This document shows, piece by piece, positions 26,935 to 34,025 of a stretch of 40,538 nt of DNA (within the stretch, counting starts at the first letter, position 1; each line of letters begins with the position of its first letter). The notes below the pieces were generated by a model. It was not told the origin of the DNA. It ran no database searches and was given only the letters and a program-made list of their open reading frames with translations. A program made the translations under genes and the position numbers. The DNA is from a virus. Lineage: Duplodnaviria; Caudoviricetes. The stretch covers positions 1-40,538 of IMG/VR virus record IMGVR_UViG_3300048043_000009; one strand, 5' to 3'.

Positions 26935-26957
26935 AACGGTTTTACATCTAGGAGAGT

Positions 26958-27524
26958 ATGAAAAAGATCCAACTTGAACAGGGAAGCCCCGAATGGCTAG
27001 CTTATAGACAAGATAAAATAGGGGCGAGTGATTGCCCCATCATTATGGGTGTATCACCCTGGCAGAAACCTGGCGATCTATACAAAAATAAGCTTGGGAT
27101 TACCAAGCTTGAGAAGAATTGGGCTATGCAGAGGGGAGTTAATCTTGAAGGTCCAGCACGTGAGGCCTTCATGTTGGAATCTGGGATTTATGTTGAACCT
27201 TGCGTAGGGGAGTGTGAAAAGAATACATGGATGATAGCATCGTTTGACGGTCTTTCACTTGACGATAAAGTTGCCGTTGAGATAAAGTGTCCAGGAAAGA
27301 AAGATCACGATCTAGCTTTAAATGGACAAATACCAGAAAAATATTTCCCTCAGCTTCAACATCAGATGGCTGTTTCTGGCCTTGAATGGATTTACTATTA
27401 TTCGTTTAACGGATCTGAAGGAAAGTTGTTAACGTGTGAACGTGATCAAGACTACATAGACACCTTGATATCTGTGGAACTTAAATTTTGGATGTGTCTA
27501 CAGACCTTCGTTCCGCCTAATTGA
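26958..27524 (+). CDS. YqaJ / lambda-type exonuclease
   Basis: QGSPEWLAYR, IGASD, ASFDG, EIKCP, QLQHQM. Confidence 0.93.
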   Translation: MKKIQLEQGSPEWLAYRQDKIGASDCPIIMGVSPWQKPGDLYKNKLGITKLEKNWAMQRGVNLEGPAREAFMLESGIYVEPCVGECEKNTWMIASFDGLSLDDKVAVEIKCPGKKDHDLALNGQIPEKYFPQLQHQMAVSGLEWIYYYSFNGSEGKLLTCERDQDYIDTLISVELKFWMCLQTFVPPN

Positions 27525-27566
27525 CAACCGTGTCTTGTCAGGAACGTTGTGGCACATCCGTTTATA

Positions 27567-27705
27567 TATGTGTTGGCTGAGTCTGGCCAAAGGCAATCGT
27601 GCGCTAACAAGCGTTTAATGTTTACACGATGTTCCTAGGGATAAAAAAGAGAAGGTAAACACTTCCTAATCCCGGGAACCGCACGTTCGAATCGTGCACA
27701 CATAT
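27567..27705 (+). ncRNA. Oversized tRNA-like RNA (139 nt)
   Basis: Acceptor TATGTGT/ACACATA, class-II-type D arm, T arm GCACG-TTCGAAT-CGTGC; anticodon stem ATCGTG/CACGAT with 23-nt loop; about 50-nt variable arm. Confidence 0.8.
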
Positions 27706-27755
27706 TTCTGATGCTCTCTCGTTTAGTTCAAAGTGCAACGGGGGAGTGTCATTTT

Positions 27756-27826
27756 GGTCATTTCATCTATTGGTAAGATATGCACATCCTAAAGGCATAA
27801 ATGGGGTTCGATTCCCTGGGTGGCCG
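27756..27826 (+). tRNA. Degenerate tRNA, nominal anticodon CCT (Arg)
   Basis: Acceptor GGTCATT/GGTGGCC (3 G-U), D arm ATCT/AGAT, T loop TTCGATT; two mismatches at the loop end of the anticodon stem. Confidence 0.6.
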
Positions 27827-27845
27827 TTGCCCTCAGTTGTTTGTT

Positions 27846-27867
27846 ATCCCCCTAACGGGGGATTTTT
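27846..27867. terminator. Terminator between convergent units (clear U-tract on plus strand)
   Basis: ATCCCCC-TAAC-GGGGGAT followed by TTTT. Confidence 0.75.
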
Positions 27868-28009
27868 ACTTCTGATCAACAAGTTCTTCGATGATCTCTT
27901 CAGCTATCTTAGCCGTCTGAGGCGTACAAGCTACCATTAAAGCTAGCAGGCACATCACTACAAGCATTAGATTTAAATATGACTTAGTTATTGGGATTGT
28001 AGCACTCAT
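27866..28009 (-). CDS. 47-aa putative lipoprotein (below track cutoff)
   Basis: GGAGG RBS; MSATIPITKSYLNLMLVVMCLLALMVA-C-TPQTAK... Confidence 0.65.
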   Translation of the reverse strand: MSATIPITKSYLNLMLVVMCLLALMVACTPQTAKIAEEIIEELVDQK

Positions 28010-28319
28010 AGGGTTTTTTTCCTCCATCACGGCCTTGTATTCCTTCGCAGTATCTTTCTCTAGCTAGCTCTCTTTCTCGCTTTTCTTGCTCGACAAGTCG
28101 ACGCTCAAAACGGCCTTCTTTCTCTGGATTTCCGCCAAATTGGAATCCTTCGTGTTTTTGATTAGGATCGGGTTTGTACTTGGGGGAGTCGTCTCTCTCA
28201 TCATGGCTAGTTTTAACCTTGTGATTCTTTAGATCTGGTTTTTGTCCATCGGGGAACTTTGTTCCTGTATCAGACGATTGGGCTTTGCCATGAGCATACC
28301 CATTGTTTGCTTTAACCAT
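27984..28319 (-). CDS. Hydrophilic hypothetical protein
   Basis: 111 aa, starts right after the upstream stop. Confidence 0.7.
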   Translation of the reverse strand: MVKANNGYAHGKAQSSDTGTKFPDGQKPDLKNHKVKTSHDERDDSPKYKPDPNQKHEGFQFGGNPEKEGRFERRLVEQEKRERELARERYCEGIQGRDGGKKPYECYNPNN

Positions 28320-28320
28320 A

Positions 28321-28500
28321 TTATTTACCTACAGTTTTGTGTGCTTGTAGTACTTGAATCATAGCATCGATCATAGCGTCAGGAACGTTACCGTCTTTGC
28401 CATAATCAGAAGCAGTATAGGATATAAGTTGTTCTAGAGTTTGAACAACCGAGCTAAAATGTGTTATGTTTACACATGCTGCGTAAATTGAGTTGAACAT
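28321..28500 (-). CDS. Hypothetical protein
   Basis: MFNSIYAAC start directly after the upstream stop. Confidence 0.65.
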   Translation of the reverse strand: MFNSIYAACVNITHFSSVVQTLEQLISYTASDYGKDGNVPDAMIDAMIQVLQAHKTVGK

Positions 28501-28501
28501 A

Positions 28502-28639
28502 TTATTTCTTCTTCTTTTTAGATTTTCCAGCCACGCTGAGGGCGATGGCAATACTTTGTTTCCTAGGTTTTCCTTCATTAATTTCTGTAGCGATATTCTT
28601 TGACACAGCAGCTTTGCTCTTGCTTTTGTCTAAAGGCAT
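28502..28639 (-). CDS. 45-aa basic protein of the common phage MPLxKxKS...KQxIAIA type (below track cutoff)
   Basis: [45 protein letters not shown]; GGGAG RBS. Confidence 0.8.
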   Translation of the reverse strand: MPLDKSKSKAAVSKNIATEINEGKPRKQSIAIALSVAGKSKKKKK

Positions 28640-28727
28640 AGGTATAATCTCCCTAAATGTGGAGTTTTATGATAGAAATCTACTGCATCTTAGTATGCAC
28701 AATCTTGTTTTACACGCTAGGCCGAGT

Positions 28728-28937
28728 ATGAAAAATATCGTGTTAGCCCTATTTTTAATACCTCAAATGCTTTTCTGTTCACCTTCGGAGCCCGAAATTA
28801 AGCTTTACGATCTATGTCCCATGATCATGCTTGAGGACTACACTATTTGGCTCCTCATCGATGATCATTGGATACGCATTCATCAGTTAGAGCATGCGTC
28901 TTGGTGTGGGTGCCCTGAATCAAATCAAACGAAATAG
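28728..28937 (+). CDS. Small exported protein on the opposite strand (moron-like)
   Basis: Signal-peptide-like MKNIVLALFLIPQMLFC; C-terminal H-x3-CGC. Confidence 0.55.
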   Translation: MKNIVLALFLIPQMLFCSPSEPEIKLYDLCPMIMLEDYTIWLLIDDHWIRIHQLEHASWCGCPESNQTK

Positions 28938-31900
28938 AAGAATGAAAAATTAAATGTTGTTCCGGCATTTGCCATTTGAACACTAGCAGCTCCAACTCCT
29001 GTACCACAACAAGCAAATTTTGCAGTTGTCGTATTGACTAAACCCTGAATAGCTAAACTAGTTGTTCCCACGGGCCATGTAATAGTACTGCTTGACGTAA
29101 CAGCAGATCCTGTGGGAAGTAAATTAGACGTGTTTTTTATGGTAAAAGGTAAACCCCCTAAAGTTATTATACCTGTACCTGTGGCAGCGCTATAAGTAAA
29201 TGTTCCGATGACATGAACGCAACTTCCTATTCGTATATAAGCACCAACTTGAGTTGTGTAGGTGGTTGTGCCAGCAGTGGTACCCCCCACGGCAGTAGGC
29301 ACCCACGTTCCTTCCTCATAATAACTTTGAATATCACTAGTCGCCGTTCCAGTTCCTCCAGCAGAAGGAAAAGACACTGATGTAGCCGCTGCCACTCCCA
29401 AAACAGGAGTAACCAAAGTTGGAGAAGTTGTAAGGACTATATTCCCTGATCCATTTGTACTTGCGGCAGATATTGCTGTGCCATTTCCTTGCAATATGCC
29501 CGTTATTGTCGTAGATAAAGTTATTGCAGGTGTGGTCGTTGCTGTTGCCACCGTTCCAGCGAATCCGTTGGCAGATACAACAGAAACACTGGTTACAGTG
29601 CCGCTTGTTGCAGGAGCCGCCCAAACAGGAGATGCGCCTGTCGATCCTGTGAGTACTTGCCCAGTCGTTCCGTTCGCCAATGCGCCAAGTTGTCCCGTAG
29701 AGGATATGTTGACGAGGGGACCAACCACAGTCACGCCCGTTATGCCTGCAATAAAAGCCCGATTCTGTTGACCTGCACTAGATCCGTTTACTCCAATTCG
29801 GATTGTGTTGGATTCTGATAATGTTCCGGTATTACCGATAACAATGTTCGAACTCTCAGACGTACCATACGTAGAACCTGCATTTACACCCAAAGCAGTA
29901 TTCTGCGTGCCTGTAGTAATTCCACCTAAAGCATTGTATCCTATACCTGTATTTGATCCCGTTGAAACTTGTAGTGTGTTTAGTGCACTAGCTCCGACAG
30001 CTACGTTTTGAACTGAACCAGTCATAAGAAGAAGAGCATCATTACCTATTGATACGTTATTAATTCCCGTGCTAGTTGCATTACCAGAATTAAAACCAAC
30101 ACATACGTTATTTTCTCCGCTTGTGAGACTGTTTAAAGAACCTTCACCCAACCCAACATTAGATGTTGCAAAATTAATTGATGTGGAGGAACTCCCAATA
30201 ATTAGATTTGTCAAACCAAAATTTAAAGTCTCGGTGTTGGCCGTACCAGCGAATTTGACCGTTGTATTCGCGGTTAAAAAATTAAAGTTCCCTGCACTAG
30301 GAGATTCAGCGCCTCCAGTATTACCGGTGATTGTCTGTATGCCCGATGCGGCCGGAGCCGCCCAAACTGGATCTTCGCCTGTCACGCCGGTTAAAACCTG
30401 ACCGGTGGTTCCTACGGCCGTCGCAGCTATAGAGCTTGTGCCCTCTCCTATTAATACCCCATGCGCTGTGTAATTTGCGGGAGTATAAGGGCCTATGAGA
30501 GATATGACGGGAGTTGTAGTGCCAGTGGCTACGGAAACTTGATTTGCTGTACCTGAGACACTAGTTACAGTTCCAGAGGTTGCAGGAGCTGTGCTTGTCC
30601 AGATAGTCCCGTTTGAGGTCAGCACATTGCCTACTGTCCCCGATGCTGTGAGACCTGTTCCGCCCTGTAAGGTCGATAATGGATAACCCGTAATGGTAAG
30701 CGCAGCATTTATCAAACTTGATGTCCCGTTAAATATAGTTCCACCAATGTTTAAAACCCCTCCTGCTGATCCAGTTATGGCATTCGTGTTAGAGCTGTTT
30801 ACAGCGCCGTTTACAAGAATTAAGTTTCCCAAAGATCCTATAGAGATAGCGGATGCAGTTCCGCTAGAAAAGTAGGAACTCACTGAAAAAGCTGCACCTG
30901 ATCCATTAACAGTTAGTCCTGTTGCCTGAGTGCCTGTGTTGGCCAAATCAACGACAGAATCTTGAACCCCTATTAATCCGGCGCCAGTTGATCCAACGGA
31001 TATGCCAAAATCACAAAAATACAGGTTAGATCCCCCAGCGGAATTACTAGAAATAGTTGTACTTTTTCCTGTGTTATTCATGTACGTATAGTCTGCTCTG
31101 ATCATGCCAGCAGAAGTTGAGTTCCATAAAGCTATACCAGTTGTGGCAAGATTTCCTCGGCAATCCGTGATCTGGATAAGTGAACTTGCACTTGAACTTG
31201 TATAGCTTATGCCGGTATTGTTCAGACAATTCAGATAGCAGCTTTTTAAATTAACAACCGTGGCTGCTGATCCAGAAACCGTCAAGAATGGTGCGCTATT
31301 AGTCTGAAGCCGAATGCCCGAAATGCTGTTAGAACCTGATCCCGTGCAAGTGATTGTACCGCTAATTGTGACATTTGGGGTTAATGCGTCCGCATCAAAT
31401 GCCACTAGGTCTATGCCAGGTGGAAGTGTTAGGTTTTCTGTATACACCCCAGTCAAACCAGGCATGATAAAAATTGTGGAGTTGATCCCGCTTGCTACAG
31501 CCGCCGTTATCGCCGTTGCGATGGTTGTATAGTTGGCTCCCGTTCCTGATCCAACTCCTGCTGAACTTACAATATAAAGTGCTGTATGCAGATCTACTAG
31601 GGGGATCCCAGCTGCTAAAGTGACAAATCCATTTGGATCAACGCCAAATTGAGCACTATCAAAATGAGAGACACCATTTAAAGCCGGAGTAGAAACAGCC
31701 GCACTGGAAGAATCCTGGATTTCTAATGTAATAATGTGTTCCGCTGAAGTATTAGATCTAATTACATCTAGACCAACAACCCCTGGGCCTACTTGATTTC
31801 CTGTGAGGCTTATTGTTCCGGCAGCCGTAGGAACCACCGGATTGTTAATCCCTAAACCATTTGTATCCACCTGGATATTTAATAGATCACCTGCCGCAGT

Positions 31901-32152
31901 GGAGAAAAGCACCCAAAGTGCTCCGCCATTTCTCAGAGCTTCAGCCTTAACTAAAATATAAACGTTAAGATCACTAGTATCTATCCAAATAGAGGGCACC
32001 GGGTAGTACCCTTGATTTAAGGGATCTCTTAAATCATTATGATCAGGCGCTCTATTTCTTCGGTAAGTGGGAAGAAATTGATAATTCTGACCAGAATATT
32101 TTAATAGATTTCTAGATGAATCTGAATTTGGGCTTTGCGGCGATGACGTCAT
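28925..32152 (-). CDS. Long tail fibre / receptor-binding protein
   Basis: 1075 aa G/S/T/N-rich; beta-helix-like segment, NxxxG solenoid repeats, C-terminal YEEGTWVPT...YIRIG...GLPF domain. Confidence 0.88.
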   Translation of the reverse strand: MTSSPQSPNSDSSRNLLKYSGQNYQFLPTYRRNRAPDHNDLRDPLNQGYYPVPSIWIDTSDLNVYILVKAEALRNGGALWVLFSTAAGDLLNIQVDTNGLGINNPVVPTAAGTISLTGNQVGPGVVGLDVIRSNTSAEHIITLEIQDSSSAAVSTPALNGVSHFDSAQFGVDPNGFVTLAAGIPLVDLHTALYIVSSAGVGSGTGANYTTIATAITAAVASGINSTIFIMPGLTGVYTENLTLPPGIDLVAFDADALTPNVTISGTITCTGSGSNSISGIRLQTNSAPFLTVSGSAATVVNLKSCYLNCLNNTGISYTSSSASSLIQITDCRGNLATTGIALWNSTSAGMIRADYTYMNNTGKSTTISSNSAGGSNLYFCDFGISVGSTGAGLIGVQDSVVDLANTGTQATGLTVNGSGAAFSVSSYFSSGTASAISIGSLGNLILVNGAVNSSNTNAITGSAGGVLNIGGTIFNGTSSLINAALTITGYPLSTLQGGTGLTASGTVGNVLTSNGTIWTSTAPATSGTVTSVSGTANQVSVATGTTTPVISLIGPYTPANYTAHGVLIGEGTSSIAATAVGTTGQVLTGVTGEDPVWAAPAASGIQTITGNTGGAESPSAGNFNFLTANTTVKFAGTANTETLNFGLTNLIIGSSSTSINFATSNVGLGEGSLNSLTSGENNVCVGFNSGNATSTGINNVSIGNDALLLMTGSVQNVAVGASALNTLQVSTGSNTGIGYNALGGITTGTQNTALGVNAGSTYGTSESSNIVIGNTGTLSESNTIRIGVNGSSAGQQNRAFIAGITGVTVVGPLVNISSTGQLGALANGTTGQVLTGSTGASPVWAAPATSGTVTSVSVVSANGFAGTVATATTTPAITLSTTITGILQGNGTAISAASTNGSGNIVLTTSPTLVTPVLGVAAATSVSFPSAGGTGTATSDIQSYYEEGTWVPTAVGGTTAGTTTYTTQVGAYIRIGSCVHVIGTFTYSAATGTGIITLGGLPFTIKNTSNLLPTGSAVTSSSTITWPVGTTSLAIQGLVNTTTAKFACCGTGVGAASVQMANAGTTFNFSFFYFV

Positions 32153-32153
32153 G

Positions 32154-32489
32154 TTAAAATCCTAAAACGGTTATGGATAGCGTGCCTGTTCCGGCAGCTC
32201 CAGAGGGGAGCTTGACCATATAAAGAGTATTAGCAGGCACCATAGCTTTTGAATCTTCAGTTTGACCAGATCCGGACAATCCTTCAGAAATATTCAACGT
32301 GGTAGATGCAGGTACATAGAAAACATCGTTCGTTGTCTGATCCTGAATTTGTACGTCAGTAGTTGTACCATTAATTATGATCAACTTATAGGCTGAGATA
32401 GTTACGATTGCTCCAGCCGCTTGATAAGAAGTGGTTAGGCTAGCCCCCGCAAAGGTTCTAACCTGACGTTTCATTAGTCTAGGCGTCAT
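32154..32489 (-). CDS. Small beta-rich virion protein
   Basis: AGGAG RBS, between the two fibre genes. Confidence 0.75.
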   Translation of the reverse strand: MTPRLMKRQVRTFAGASLTTSYQAAGAIVTISAYKLIIINGTTTDVQIQDQTTNDVFYVPASTTLNISEGLSGSGQTEDSKAMVPANTLYMVKLPSGAAGTGTLSITVLGF

Positions 32490-32499
32490 ATTTAACTCC

Positions 32500-33333
32500 T
32501 TATGCGTTTAATACTAAGAAGTCAATTTGAATATCAGCTACTGTTGTGGTCGCTCCCGTTCCGTTTGTAACCACAATTGCCAGAGATCCAGCCGAAGCGG
32601 TCTTGCTCTTTATGCTTAAAGCTGAACCGCTAGTTGCCCCACTCATGCTGAGCATAACTTCGGTTGTCGAAGCAGTGATTGCAGAGTTTGTTAGAGTTAA
32701 TGTTAGATCAGCGCCAGCAGCAATCGAAACAGTTGTAAAAGTTGCTCTACCAGATCTTCCATTAACTACAACGGGATTAGCCGCAATACCAGATGCTTGA
32801 GCAGAGTTTAAAAGAATACCTGTGCCAACTGCTGTTCCAACAAAATTACCGTTAGTAGCTGTGATAGCTCCCGATGTGGCAGTCAGAGTAGTTGCTGAAG
32901 TTATAGAACCTAAAGTGGTAGTTATGTTCCCTGCGGAGGCAACGATATTTCCGGTGGTTGCGGTAATGCCTGTTCCACCGGTTAAAGTCGTTATAGATGT
33001 AATTGATCCAGGGGCAATGAAAGTTGCTGGAATCGTTAGAGTGGTAATTCCTGCGTTAGTTACGGCAGTTATTTGCGTTGCGCTACCGCTGACAATAGCG
33101 ACAATGTCTGATCCACCGCTAGATAAAAGAACCCAGTTACCTGGCTGAGTTTGAACCCAGAGGTTTTGTAACACAGTGTTTAGCCAAAGAGTTCCTACAG
33201 GATTCTTTTTAGCGCTTGTAGTTGGATCTATTTTAGCTTTAACGAAGTTCCATCCCCCTATGGGCACGATAACATTTATACCTTCGTATGCTTGCGGTTC
33301 TTTAGATAGACCGAGTGGATTTTTCCCTGACAT
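32500..33333 (-). CDS. Short tail fibre / virion protein
   Basis: T/G/A-rich, repeated TxGxI units; N-terminal anchor similar to the long fibre. Confidence 0.75.
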   Translation of the reverse strand: MSGKNPLGLSKEPQAYEGINVIVPIGGWNFVKAKIDPTTSAKKNPVGTLWLNTVLQNLWVQTQPGNWVLLSSGGSDIVAIVSGSATQITAVTNAGITTLTIPATFIAPGSITSITTLTGGTGITATTGNIVASAGNITTTLGSITSATTLTATSGAITATNGNFVGTAVGTGILLNSAQASGIAANPVVVNGRSGRATFTTVSIAAGADLTLTLTNSAITASTTEVMLSMSGATSGSALSIKSKTASAGSLAIVVTNGTGATTTVADIQIDFLVLNA

Positions 33334-33359
33334 TTTGACCTCTTTAGGTTTTATCGTTT

Positions 33360-33374
33360 AGTAAAATATTTACT
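33360..33374. promoter_or_regulatory. Palindromic operator-like site (copy 3)
   Basis: AGTAAA-ATA-TTTACT upstream of the fibre operon. Confidence 0.6.
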
Positions 33375-33438
33375 TGATTCTCACCTTAGCAGGTGCAAGT
33401 TTATCTTTAAAGAAATGTTTATGATGTTTGAGTGAAAA

Positions 33439-33482
33439 GTTATAGCTATAACCGTGTATAACTGCCTATAACTTGCTATAAC
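33439..33482. repeat. Phased TATAAC array
   Basis: TATAAC at 33447, 33457, 33467, 33477 plus inverted GTTATA at 33439. Confidence 0.85.
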
Positions 33483-33503
33483 TAGATGAAAAAATGTCTT
33501 GTC

Positions 33504-33532
33504 TGGAAATATTCTGTGGGATGTGATAGAAT
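33504..33532 (+). promoter_or_regulatory. Promoter for the membrane-protein trio
   Basis: TGGAAA-N17-TAGAAT with extended TG. Confidence 0.55.
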
Positions 33533-33563
33533 TTTGGGCGAACAAACAACAAAGGATGGGTTT

Positions 33564-33761
33564 ATGGAATGGATGCATGTATTTACAATATTAGCCGGTA
33601 ACATGGCCCTTATGGGGATAGCTATAGGATTATTTTTATGGTCACGAGCAGAATCTAGGTCTGATATGCGTATGATGATGGGAATTATCAATAGCATTAA
33701 AGATGAGATAAAAGACTTTCATGGAAGATTGTGCGCTATAGAAGAGAGGAATAGGAAATAA
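33564..33761 (+). CDS. Small TM plus coiled-coil protein
   Basis: MEWMHV start after AAGGA; N-terminal hydrophobic segment then IKDEIKDFHGRLCAIEE. Confidence 0.75.
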   Translation: MEWMHVFTILAGNMALMGIAIGLFLWSRAESRSDMRMMMGIINSIKDEIKDFHGRLCAIEERNRK

Positions 33762-33762
33762 T

Positions 33763-33948
33763 ATGGACTGGATAAAAAAACATGCTGATACTGTAATTTT
33801 GATGATAACGATCATCACATCTTTACTGACTTCAGTGATGTGGATGAATACCAAATTTACAGAGCTGGAAAAAGATATATTGGTAATAAAAACCGTGCTC
33901 ATCATAAAAGGCGTAATGCCTATAGAGCTAGCAAAGGCAGGGGAATAA
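33763..33948 (+). CDS. Small TM plus coiled-coil protein
   Basis: AGGA RBS; one TM segment. Confidence 0.75.
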   Translation: MDWIKKHADTVILMITIITSLLTSVMWMNTKFTELEKDILVIKTVLIIKGVMPIELAKAGE

Positions 33949-34025
33949 TGGCTATCGTTGTGATTATTGGAATCATAGCCTACCTTGCGATAGGCTGTTG
34001 TGTAGTGGCAAGTGAGTTTGATTAG
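33948..34025 (+). CDS. 25-aa hydrophobic peptide
   Basis: MAIVVIIGIIAYLAIGCCVVASEFD; AGGGGA RBS, TAATG overlap. Confidence 0.55.
   Translation: MAIVVIIGIIAYLAIGCCVVASEFD

Noticed and set aside
28925-32152. Diversity-generating retroelement targeting the fibre
   Set aside because: No reverse transcriptase and no template/variable repeat pair seen
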